DNA from: Neoechinorhynchus agilis
Lineage: Eukaryota > Animalia > Acanthocephala
Reading direction: 5' to 3'
Assembly (NCBI GenBank): GCA_051530055.1
Contig: CM121341.1
Coordinates: forward strand, 10,580,784-10,644,783
Length of the DNA: 64,000 nt
Shown here: positions 14,090 through 26,049 of the stretch, piece by piece
How the letters are laid out: every line of letters starts with the position of its first letter
Position numbering within the stretch: position 1 is the first letter of the stretch
Notes under the pieces: generated by a model
Seen by the model: only the letters and a program-made list of their open reading frames with translations
The model's database searches: none
What the model was told of the DNA's origin: nothing
Position numbers and translations under genes: made by a program

Positions 14090-14215
14090 ATCGTTCGGCA
14101 GCTTCCTTGATGGCCGCGGCGTTGCCGCGCAAAAATCGCCGCGCTGCAGCAGGAGGCTGCTGGAGCGCATATCGCTGGTGACATCTTTTAGCATCTTTCC
14201 CAGTTGGGAGAGGAA
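14090..14215 (-). mobile_element. Extreme 3' end of a CRE-type element
   Basis: GC-rich patch reading LLQRG then, after a short duplication, RGNAAAIKEAAER. Confidence 0.55.
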
Positions 14216-14357
14216 ATAGTCGGCATCAAACGAACATTAAAAACTTCTGGATATCATCGAAATTCAAAACAATTTACTATACAGCACTAGAATCGATTTT
14301 CAATGATCCTTCTAAAAAGAGAAAGTTAAGAACATTTTATCCAATAATTGAAAAAAG

Positions 14358-14472
14358 CCTGCAACACTCGGTATTTCCCGGTGGTCTCCCATCCGTACTA
14401 ACCGAGCCCTACGCTGCTTAACTGCAGTGATCTGACGAGAACTGGTGCATTCAGCGTGGTATGATCGCAGGC
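14358..14472 (-). rRNA. 5S rRNA, copy 1 (115 nt, small internal deletions)
   Basis: GCCTGCGATCATACCACGCTGAATGCACCAGTTCTCGTCAGATCACTGCAGTTAAGCAGCG..., followed by an oligo-T terminator. Confidence 0.9.
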
Positions 14473-14621
14473 ACTGTAACATTAAACGTATTATTAATTA
14501 AAGCAAAGCAGCGGCTTTTCGTTAGAATTCAAAATAATTTACTATACAGCACTAGAATCGATTTTAAATGATCCTTCTAGAAAGAGAAAGTTAAGAACAT
14601 TTTATCCAAAAATGTAAAAAA

Positions 14622-14739
14622 GCCTGGAACACTCGGTATTCCCAAGCGGTCTCCCATCCAAGTACTAACCGAGCCCTACGCTGCTTAACTGCAGTGATCT
14701 GACGAGAACTGGTGCATTCAGCGTGGTATGATCGCTGGC
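14622..14739 (-). rRNA. 5S rRNA, copy 2 (118 nt)
   Basis: Contains box A AGTTAAGC and GTACTTGGATGGGAGACCGCTTGGGAATAC; oligo-T terminator; repeat unit ~265 bp. Confidence 0.92.
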
Positions 14740-14888
14740 ACTGCGACATTAAACGTATTATTAATTAAAGCAAAGCAACGGCTTTTTGTTAGAATTCAAA
14801 ATAATTTGCTATACAGCACTGGAATCGATTTTCAATGATCCTTCTAGAAAAAGAAAGTTAAGAACATTTTATCCAAAAATGTAAAAAA

Positions 14889-14936
14889 GCCTGGAACACT
14901 CGGTGTTCCCAAGCGGTCTCCCATCCAAGTACTAAC
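14889..14936 (-). pseudogene. 5S rRNA, truncated copy 3 (3' ~48 nt only)
   Basis: Matches the 3' part of copy 2, then similarity stops abruptly. Confidence 0.85.
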
Positions 14937-15539
14937 GGAGTTATTGTTGCCTACTCTGTCCGTTTTTTAGAAGCTTTTAACGAGCAGATCAAGAACCGGG
15001 TAATACTCGACCATCTATGATAAATGATTTTGAGTGTTGGGGAAAGAGCGCTAGTGCTTCCTGTCATCAAAGGCAATCCTGTCAGCGTAAAACAAACAGG
15101 CTCTATCACACGAATCGTTAACCTTGATGCTCTCCTCGTGTACACACATTGCTATTCCCCGTTCTCCTGTAATTGTTTCTATCCAATGTATTTCGTTCTA
15201 TATCCGCCTTGTACTGTGCAAAATACACACATGCGCTTAACCGGAAAACCATCGCTGATGGATACATTCTCACGAAAGATCATTCATGAGATAATGATTG
15301 ATTATTTATTTTCGTTTAGGTGCTGGTTTTCGTTGATTAATTTTATTCTAGGGCATTTCTACACGATTGTTTTCAAAATAGCTATTATTACGGATGTAGC
15401 GAAAGCACATTGGCGCTCTGTTTCCTAAACATATTTTCTTAGTTAAATTCAATATCTATTAAGATCTTGTGAAATATCACTTTATTTCCGAACCTCCTTA
15501 TTAATCGAGTTTTTTTCGAGAATTTACACTTTGGAGAGG

Positions 15540-15905
15540 GGTGTTGTAATGATAAAGAAAATCTTTATTTTCGAGCTTTCGCCGTCTTACGGCTTCTTCA
15601 GGAATCTACAAAGGCACGTAGAGATGTGAAGCGTGTTAAGGTAGAGACATGAAAGCGGAAAGTTCGTCCTGGCTGTTGAACAGTTCTGGAGTTTCGTCTT
15701 GCTGATGCCCAGAACTTTCCCTCGCGATAGTTTCACGGGGTCCTTGACCACAAATTTAACTCTTCACAAGCGGGACCAACTTTTTTATGCTTCGATATCG
15801 CTACTTTAACAAACTTCACATCTCCATGAGCTTTTGTAGATTTCTGAGGAAACCATAAGAGGGCGAAAGCTCGAAAATAAAGGTTTTCTTTGTCATTACA
15901 ACATT
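15540..15905. repeat. MITE-like element, family C, with ~65-bp inverted ends
   Basis: TGTTGTAATGATAAAGAAAA...CGAGCTTTCGCC at left and GGCGAAAGCTCG...TTTTCTTTGTCATTACAACA at right; relatives near 41860 and 43290-43450. Confidence 0.75.
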
Positions 15906-16726
15906 CAGTTTAAATGTCAATTTTCGAAAACAAAACCTTGTAAATCTACGAGGAATTCCCGAGAATAAATGCGATTCGTCTCACTGTCAATAATAGTGCA
16001 AACATTGATGGACATTCAATGCAGCACCATCCCAATATAATGACGAATAGTTCATTGAGACTTCTTACCAGTTTTTAAATATAAATTTTTTGGGCAAGTC
16101 ATCCATCGCTGTTACTCAGCCAGTATGTTTGCCCACTTAACCCAAAAAATGATGTAATTGCAATGTCTCAACAAGACTTAAAAAGGCTATTAACGGCAAA
16201 GTCGGGCGAAGCATTTGGCTCGTCTAGTGAACGAAATTTTTGCTTCTAAAGGAACATCTCTCTTTGGCAGTTTCATTTTCGAACGAAAAGACAAGAAAGG
16301 TTTAAAATAGGAAACGGTCGTATGAACTTCAACTTAACACATAAGTTTCAGAATTTTTTTATGAAAACATAAATATTAGAGCAAAATTTAAATTGCGTTT
16401 CATTAATTTTTTAGGCCAGTCAACATTTACGCATTCGGTTTAATGTTAAAGACGTCGTATTTTTAGATTGGCTTCTAGATTGTCTCGACAACGTGACAAA
16501 CCGTGAAGAAAAGTATTTTTGGCAAGCGTAAAAAGCACGTTTTTAATCTCGCATTACAAAAATATTTTTTGTCACGCCAAATAAAGAAAAATTTCAAGAT
16601 CCTCCGGGATGGTGTACATTGAAAGGTGGTGAACATGATCCCGATTAAAGATTCTTTTATTGCTATGAAATATTTCGCGAAGGAACCTCGCGTAATCAGT
16701 CATTGTTAAAGCGTTTTTTATTCTCA

Positions 16727-17886
16727 GAAAAATGATTTAATTTAGCATTTCGTCGTCTACGCGTGGGACTTTTGCGAATAAAACACTGAAACAATTCCGA
16801 TTAAGTCGAACTCGTTGAGGACGAAATATTAAGTTTTCTTTATTTCGCCTGAACAAAAACAATCTACGGATACGGCGTAAAAAATTAAGACTTTATTGAA
16901 TCCGATATTTCGGCACAATCTTATGCCTTTATTAAGGTTGCTTGTAGGTTTTCGACTATTTAAGCTCGTGTTTTAATTTTTACGCCATACGAAAACATGA
17001 ATAATTCAATTTTCAAAGAGTATACAGATCGCATTTTTTCAACGAAATTTGTTAGGCGAAATGAAGAAAAATGATTTAATTTAGCATTTCGTCGTCTACG
17101 CGTGGGACTTTTGCGAATAAAACACTGAAACAATTCCGATTAAGTCGAACTCGTTGAGGACGAAATATTAAGTTTTCTTTATTTCGCCTGAACAAAAACA
17201 ATCTACGGATACGGCGTAAAAAATTAAGACTTTATTGAATCCGATATTTCGGCACAATCCTATGCCTTATTAAGGTTGCTTGTAGGTTTTCGACTATTTA
17301 AGCTCGTGTTTTAATTTTTACGCCATACGAAACATGAATAATTCAATTTTCAAAGAGTATACAGATCGCATTTTTTCAACGAAATTTGTTAGGCGAAATG
17401 AAGAAAAATGATTTAATTTAGCATTTCGTCGTCTACGCGTGGGACTTTTGCGAATAAAACACTGAAACAATTCCGATTAAGTCGAACTCGTTGAGGACGA
17501 AATATTAAGTTTTCTTTATTTCGCCTGAACAAAAACAATCTACGGATACGGCGTAAAAAATTAAGACTTTATTGAATCCGATATTTCGGCACAATCCTAT
17601 GCCTTTATTAAGGTTGCTTGTAGGTTTTCGACTATTTAAGCTCGTGTTTTAATTTTTACGCCATACGAAAACATGAATAATTCAATTTTCAAAGAGTATA
17701 CAGATCGCATTTTTTCAACGAAATTTGTTAGGCGAAATGAAGAAAAATGATTTAATTTAGCATTTCGTCGTCTACGCGTGGGACTTTTGCGAATAAAACA
17801 CTGAAACAATTCCGATTAAGTCGAACTCGTTGAGGACGAAATATTAAGTTTTCTTTATTTCGCCTGAACAAAAACAATCTACGGAT
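16727..17886. repeat. Tandem repeat, ~339-bp unit, ~3.4 nearly identical copies
   Basis: Units start at 16727, 17066, 17403 and 17742; the unit has nested inverted repeats and a segment shared with ~25855 and ~29700. Confidence 0.95.
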
Positions 17887-18264
17887 CACATTTTTAACAA
17901 GATTTATTCAAATCCAACTTGAACGCGTGGAATAAAGCGTATTAATGCAATTGAAATCTTTTGATTTACAAATTCGACTTAATCGATCTCGTTCTTTCGT
18001 GAATTCGACTTTGTAGTATGCCGCTTAACGGCTAACTTCGTATTAGTAGTTTCGAATTTAGCTTTTGGATGACGATTCGTCCGACTGGGAATATTTTTCA
18101 TTGCCTTACGGGACACTGAATGATTTTCGGCACTGGTTCTCCGTTCGATGTTTACGCAAAGTTTATAGCTTCAGAGGCGACCTTACAAAGGTCACTATGA
18201 CCTCTTATTCTTCCTGATAACGCCATCGAATCTCCAATCGAGTTAGATTTTATCTTTTATAGAT

Positions 18265-21200
18265 ATGGCACGACGATCTGGTGGACCCTTTGCGATATCA
18301 CCTGATCTTTCGCCTATTCAGCCTCTTCGGACTAAGCCGACGGCGGTCTTAGGCAACCATGTTACACTCAAAATCCTACTGCCTGGTTATGAAGCTCCCA
18401 AAATGATTAACGTGGATAAAATGATTACCGTGGACGCCACATGTGAAGAACTCGTGAGCAGACTCAGCTCCGGTGAGCTTCAAGCAACAAAGAAACGATT
18501 GAACGTCGATGCTGCTGCTCCTGGTAAACTCACTTTGTACAAAATGCCAACGGAAACCGCTCCAGGTCGATGGCTTCGTCCTCGGTCAACAATTGAATCG
18601 GAAAAACTTGGTCATTGGGACGTATTAGAGCTTAGATCACGAATGGAGAAACTAAGGTTCAATGTTAGTGATGTGGGTGCCCATGAAATATCGGTGGATT
18701 CAATGGTTCCATCAGGTGAACTGATGGTTGATATTTGTTCTAAATTTGACCTCCAATTCCCAGATGAATATGGTTTTAAGGTCGTTAGTAATAGACATGA
18801 ACATCAACAGTCTCTAGGAAGTTCATTAAGGCGTAAATCTGTTCATGGTCGATTTCAGTGGGTAAATCCTTCCCATCCATTTAAAAAGTACAGATTGGAA
18901 GAAGGCGCTGAAGTTCTGATTAGAAGAAGATTCTATTTTAACGATAACCTTGTAAATGAAACAACTCCTGCTGATCTAAACCTTCTTTATGCCGAATGCA
19001 GATTAGATGTTCTTGAGAACGATCAACATCATTTCCTCGGTTTAGATGAAGCGGTTTGTTTAGCTGGAATCCAATGTCAAGTCATAGAAGGGGATTATGT
19101 GAATGAACGCGAAGGAAGCACGAGACGATCTTCTAATTTTTTGGCTCGAGTTCTACCGAAAAAATTCGTTAAATCCAAAGGAGTCGAACGAATGGTCAGC
19201 CGGGAACACATGAAACATGCCGGTCTTAATGAATTCGATGCTAAGTTGGCCTATGTTAATCAATGCCGTGCCTTGTTCCCGGATTCCTATGGTTTCACAT
19301 TTTTTGTGGTCAAAGAACGAGTACAAGGGAAGGGGAAACTAGTTAACCGATTACTTGGAATCAGTAACTTCGAAACCACTTGTATCTGAGGCATTCTTTG
19401 GGTACCTAGAAATACAAGACTGTAAAAAAAGGAAATGAAAAACTCTAACCTCTCTCGGTTGAACTCTCTCTTGCTCATTTTCAAAGTTGTCCGTTTCTCT
19501 TTTTGAACCATTTACAGATATTTTCAATGTATCGTCTTCATCAGCTACCTTTTTTTCGCCGTTCTTGAATTTAGGAAACGATTTATTGCTCCATTTTATC
19601 TATATTCGTTTAAATCGCCAAAAAAATAAACAAACCTGTACCTTCGAATATCGACCTTTAACAAATCAAATTAATTTTTTTTCTACTATTTTCCCAATAC
19701 CTACCTTAATCAGAGATGAATTAATCACGCTAACGGTTTCGCCCACCGACGAATATCTAGTTCGCTACGTATCCCATTCGTTTCGAGTACGAGCGGTGAC
19801 CCACTAGTTGACTCGTGAGTTTGCTTGTATTCATTTGTAGTGAACGGGCTCGTTTTTTTATGACGAATCAAATTAATGTTCATTATGTATGTCTATATAT
19901 ATGATTGATTCTAATGTTTGTGTGTGTGCGAGCGTTTCAAACCAATACAATTCATCTCATTTTGGTCTCTGATACAAAGGTTCCGCTTAAAGATCCGATT
20001 TTACGACTAGACACAAAAACTCACCAAGTAATCCAATCATGGTCTCTAACTCATCTCCACCGATGGGGAGCATCATCGTCAATGTTTACGCTTGATTTTG
20101 GAGACTACGCAGAATCATATTATTCGGTTCAGACGACGGAAACAGAAGAGTTGGCGTTCATGATAAGTAAGTACATTGAATTGAATGTAAAATACAAACA
20201 ACAGCACGATGAACTAGAGGACGAAATAGAAGAGGATGAAGACGTTGTGGATTCTGTTAGACCAACGGGCGCTGTTATGTCTCCCCTTCCTGTCACATCA
20301 TCATCTATAGTCATACCAGAAGAGAACGAATATTTATACGCCGAAGCTCATAGGATTCAGAAGCTCATTCAAGAGATTGCATCCGCTCCATCAGCGAACG
20401 CATGCGCTGAGTCATTATCATCTTGCGACGAAACAAGGAAAGCTAACAGCATTCCTGCCACAACTACAAGTGTCGAATTCGTTCGTCAAATATCGGCAGA
20501 CTGTGCTCGTATCTGTGTTGCATATCCTAATTCAGCCAGAGTTCATTCTGAATTGTCCAATCTTTCTATAACGCTACTTAATGCAGAAATGTCAGACCAG
20601 AATGTCATTCTAGCTGCTCGAGGGCTGTGCCGAGCAATCTCAGATTTGGTTGATACGGTATGTGCGGGCAGTGCTACAACAGCTACTCCTCAAACGCAAC
20701 ACAAATCAGCATTCGATCATGCAACTCACGTAGCTACGGAATGTTCCAATCAAATCAATCGATTAACACGTCAGCGGTCTGACGTTCTTCATAAGCACGA
20801 TAAACTCGTTGCGGAATCTCGAAGTGTAGCACAGGCTACAGCCGATCTTGTCCTCAACGCGAAAAGTCTCCCTGAGCTCGTTTCGGATGCAACTGCATGC
20901 ACTCTAGCAGTCTCACGATTACTCGCGTGCGCAAAACTCGCTGCTATCTCAAAACCAAGGGCTAACGATATGGTCGGGGAGTGCTGTGAACGAGTAATGC
21001 GATGTTGTCAGCGGCTGTGCCATACAGCGTCTAAAGGGGATCAAATAGCTTGTTTTGAGCAAGAAATGCAAGCCGTAGAAGACAAAATTGACTCATTGAA
21101 GTGTACGTTAGCATGGCAAACCTCCGCTGGCGTAGTTGATGACATCTTGCAGTGTCTTCAAACGGTGAAATCATCCCAACGAATAGAAGATTCGACGAAG

Positions 21201-24200
21201 CTAAGACAACTCACCGCTCGTTTTGTCCTGTCCTTAAGACAGAGAGCTAAGATCTCAAGTGGGAAACGGTGTGACGATATTCTCGCTGATGCTCGTTTAC
21301 TCGGTGAGACAATCAATCAACTCTCAAATGGAATTGTTAAACAACGAGATACGTGTGACATTCAACGACGTTGTGATACTTTTCGATTTGCTGTTCTTCG
21401 AGCAAGTCTTTGGCTTCAGGATTCAGGTGATGATCAAATAGAGACTGGAGATACCTCAACTGGATCATGGATCAGTCAAATGCATAGCGCATGCCGTGAA
21501 GCCGTCTCAAGTTGTATTCGTCTCATTTCTCTTATACAACGTCATGAGCCTGTTAATGAAACACGCCCATTAACAAATATGATTCCAGTGCTAGTAGCCC
21601 ATATGAAATCATGCGTAGCTGATCCCAAAGACGTAGAGGCTCAAGATATTCTTTTGACAGCAGTGAAGGACTTTATAGAGCTAGCAGAGAGTCTCTATAG
21701 ACTCGCATCTACAAAAAGAACAGGGGTCTTGGCAGACGATCTTCAGTCTCATGTAACTGAAATGGGAAAGATTCGTGAAGCTGTAATTTCTGATTTTCAT
21801 GGGAATTTCGTGTCTGAAACTGTTGATATGATCGGACGAATGTGCGCTGATCTTGATCGTGGCCTTACGCACATACAAATCGAAGCCGGCTCCGATCTTG
21901 ATCCCGATGAAGCTTATCGATGCTTCATCAAAGCATTTGCATTTGTTCGTACCAGAGTTAACTATTGTTTGGAGAGTTTTGAGAAGCTTCCGATGGCTTC
22001 TATTGCATATTTGTCGGACGCTCTTACACTTCTTTACGACTCCGTTGTGAGGATTCACGCTTCGGATGTTTGCGTCCTCGACCGAACCACAATGGAGTTC
22101 ATCTGTCAGCGGACTTCAGATGCTCTTCATTCAATCCAAGATTTAGTAACTCAATTAGCCACAAATTCCGAAATGACCAAGTCATTCCAATCCCTTGACG
22201 AGCAGGTCCTTTCAGAAGCAATGGACGATTGTGTGGCGATGCTACCCGGTCACCGTGAGCTATTTTCAGCCATTAACAAACTAAATCAATCCGTCGCCGA
22301 GCATCATCGAGCAGCAGCTGCTGCTCTGGCAACTACTGGATGTGCCATGTCCGAAACACTCCATATATCTTCGATTTTAGTTAATCTTAACAAAAACGTG
22401 AACGCCTTTAACGTTGCCGTGTATCAGCTCGCTTCCTGTATTGATTCAGCAACTCCATTGTTAGTCGACCGAGTAACCGAGTCGTTTGATCAAATGATCG
22501 GATGTGCTTTGGCCGCCTGTGAATCTCGTCTTTTTGCTCCTAGGAATCATAAACTCAGTTTCCAAGTTCATACAATCCATTCTTGCGCGTTGGCCATGTT
22601 GGACAATGCCCGGGCTGTGTACGTCGCACGGATACTCCAAGCGGATCAAGAGGAGCCGTCGTGTTCGCCAGTTCGGATTTGTAATCTCGTGTCAAATGAA
22701 GTAAAACCGGTGATACCTTATTGTGTCCAATTGACTGAACGTCTTAATGAGCTCGTCTCTATGGCGGCAACAGCGAATGCAGACGTCCCTATTTGCGAGT
22801 ACGCTCTCGATAGATTAAAGCACGCTCGACAAGCTGTTTGCCGGAAACCTGGTACAATGGGTCCCACGAACAACATGACTTTTACGCAGGCTTTTGATCG
22901 AGTTTCTAAAGACGGATCTGATTTAGGCAGAGCGTTGAAGTTTTTGTTGACTGTAACAAAGGAACAAAGAAAAGACTGTGAGCTCCGGACTACTTATATA
23001 GCTCAAGCTGTTTCGGATGCTGCATGTGGACTAGTTGAGGCTGCAAGCCAAATCGCATACCTGATAGCTGCTCATCAGGACGGATGTGTAAGAGGTGAAC
23101 CAGGTCTAGTGGATCAGTTCACTTTCCATAAATGTGAACTCATTATCGAACGAACCTGTCATCGATTATTCGACTGCGAAAACGTCGAAGACGTCGAGGA
23201 TCTCTTGTTAACTGTAGCAGAGTTCGTATGTATAATTTGCAATGCAGCACGTAGATCTGCTGCTCGGACATGGACATGCTCAAATGATTCAAGTGCATCG
23301 AAATTCCTTGCCTGTAGTGAAGATCTTTCTAACGTGTCTTATCGATTGATCAATGAAACTGTCCAAGTTATAAATGCTGGAAACGGATCGTGCTTTGAGC
23401 GGATGCAAGGATGCAGGCAAATATCCGCGAGGTTACTTCAATCGACATCCGTGTTGTGCTCATACGCGGCTTCTAAGAAGTTCGCAGCGATTCCTGCTAC
23501 GATAAGTGAAAAGGGTGTCGAAATTCAAAAGGCAATGATCGACTCAGTCGGTGTTTTGGTCGATGGGACAAGTGCACTCATTGAAGGCCTTATTAAATGT
23601 GACGAGGAGGATAGGGATGCGGATAAAAACGGTAAACAAATCACGTCATTGGATAGTCGCGAAATTTGGCCGGAATTATCTGCTAGTACCAGACAAATAA
23701 GCAGTGGAATCGCGAGCTTGATTGCGACGATCACAAGCTCTGCGTCTCATCTTGTAGCTCAGGTGAACATTTATCGGTCTTTATGTGGTTCACAATCTTA
23801 AACAGCGCTTAAAACCTAATTTTATATTCAGCTCAAGCTTCGTATTCTCATAGAAAATATTAACCTCAATGTTTTTCAAAGTATTTTATACAAAAGACAG
23901 TATGTAACCGACAAACAACCCGTCTTTAGACAACTCTTATGGCCTGATTTTATACCTAATCCCAAGCTTTAATTGGTATAAAAAATAAAGAGGTTTACAT
24001 CAATCTTTTCGTATTTTTTAAGTCCTCCTTTCTACAAGGGGCCATTTTCTTGCTGACTACTGAAGAGTTTTAAAATGCGAAATTTTGAAAACTCTATATT
24101 TGGATAAATCCCTTTTCCCGGTAATGTTCACCTGACCCAAATCCCAGTACCCTTCAGAAGCTTACACTGAACACTCTACACAACCTAAGCGACGGTCAAT

Positions 24201-25003
24201 CAATAGAAACGATACAAGAAGACAACGACGAGCTAAATTTGCTGAACGAGATTAATTCATTGAAGCTAACAGACCTCCGTGAAGTCAGTTCCTTACCTCC
24301 AGAAACTCTTTTGGACCGAATTCTTTATACATCACTCCACATGTTTGAGTACATCAATCGTCTATTGTCACCAAGCTCGGCCGAGTTTTCATTGACGGGT
24401 GTAATGGCCGCTAGTGGTTCGTCAGCAATAGTTGAATCCATTAGCGCTTTACATTACGCTTACATGACATCTTTAAAGAACATCCTTCGGGCTAGTCTTT
24501 CTCTGGATAGTCAGATTGGATGTTCTCGGGATGTCCGTCCGTCTCCTATAGTCGTGCAGGCTGAATCTGTTCTCAAATCAGGTTATGAATTCATCACAAC
24601 TGCTTTTGAAGAGGATTCCTGTGAAGACAGATCCAAGCTCGGGCGCGTACACACAAAAGCAATTGAAGACCTTGTCTCTGTTGTACAAGAACAATATGAT
24701 CAGTGTAAGGCTAAACGTAAGCCGGTCATTAGTCAGCATAATACAGCGCTTCCACCGACTAGAGCCGTATTTCCTCCAATAATAGTACCGACAACTCGGC
24801 GCTACCTTCATCTCAGCGAGGATAGCTCAGATGAACTGAATGATGGCGGTGATGACCATGGAACGGATGTGTGCCACAGTTTACGTAAGGATACTCCTAA
24901 ACTCCATGAGCGTGAAATTGCTGCTTCAGCTGGAGTACAGGTCGATTCCTGTAGTCAGGATGTTAACAACGTTTTATCGGACATTCTTATCAATCTTGAT
25001 TGA
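18265..25003 (+). CDS. TLN: Divergent, shortened talin; exons 18265-19365, 19989-23755, 24139-25003; ~1910 aa
   Basis: FERM head (YGFTFFVVKERVQGKGKLVNRLLGI; FTLDFGDY..YYSVQTTE) followed by helical rod repeats; two stem-bounded interruptions. Confidence 0.85.
19366..19988 (+). other. Stem-bounded non-canonical intron, talin #1 (623 nt)
   Basis: AGT|AACTTCG...CCGCTT|AAA GAT gives RLLGISKDPILRLD, colinear with talin RLLGITKECVMRVD; TAA direct repeat; stem CGAAACC-TTGTATC / GATACAA-GGTTCCG. Confidence 0.7.
23756..24138 (+). other. Stem-bounded intron, talin #2 (383 nt; GT-AG alternative 23763-24157)
   Basis: Perfect 13-bp stem TCAGGTGAACATT / AATGTTCACCTGA; GT|AGC...CCC|A AAT is in frame. Confidence 0.55.
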
Positions 25004-26049
25004 GGAAAGTTGTGTATGCTTTTAATACTTTTGTAAGGAAATCAGTTCTTATGTGTCGTCCATGATGTTTCCTTATTGCAACTGTAATAGTCTTGTGATC
25101 TGCAATCCTGCTCAACTACTGATTTGGTTTAAGTTTTTCGAAATGAACATTATTTGTGTTTTTGAAGCCAAGTAACACCAAAACTACGAGAGATTGTTTA
25201 GATTTTTTGAACTCACTAGATTATGTCCAACTAAATCTTGCCAATTTGCTCCCAGAAGTCGTGATCGTGGTCCCGTGTTGTATTTTGGTCGTTAGAAATG
25301 CAATAATGTCCATTCTCAGTGAGTCCCTATTTCCTTGATTGTATCGATCGTAACAACTACCGTTTCATCAAGGAGAATGCCAACAAGTAGAAAATGATCG
25401 CAAGATTTAAAGTTAGTTTCTACTCTTATAAACATACTGATGATTCTTGGCGCCCTTATTTTGATGATTTCGTGGTACTTTCCATTTAAAATTGATTGTC
25501 TTTATTCCCGTGAAAGGATTATTGGTTGTTTCCTGGCGGGAAAGCAACCAATATTAACCATTCAATCTTCAAACGAAAAGATTATTACCAACTTATCGTC
25601 AATTGATTGCATCGCCTTGATTCTTTTTGATTTTAGGTATCTTAAGTTTAACAGCTATCTAATCCGTTGTCTCTCCCGCCCACGCAACCACAGCTTTACA
25701 TCTCGAAGGAAGTCTAGTCATTCTGTACAGCATTTCATTTGGAAAAATAACTAAGAATATATTTTTGTCGATGAGCTTATCAGAAAATTTTGTGCACGAG
25801 AGATTACAAAGACTGAATTTTTCATGTTTTTATATGGCGAAAAAATGAAGTAGTTTATTGAATTCTATATTTCGACACAATCTTGTGCTTTCATCAGGAT
25901 AAACCTACAAGTAACCTTGATAAAGGCACAGTATTTTGGAGAAAGTTTCCAATTTGCAGTGATAGTGAGAGATTATAGATGAAAATATAATATCGTTGAA
26001 AAGTTGTTAGGATGTAACCGTTCTTCTACAATCCGAAATTTAACGTTAG

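Noticed and set aside
14473-14621. Spliced-leader RNA in the 5S spacer
   Set aside because: Only a chance Sm-like ATTTTTGG next to the terminator, absent from one copy; no leader/donor hairpin recognised.
16727-17886. CRISPR array
   Set aside because: Long identical units with no unique spacers, eukaryotic context and no cas genes.
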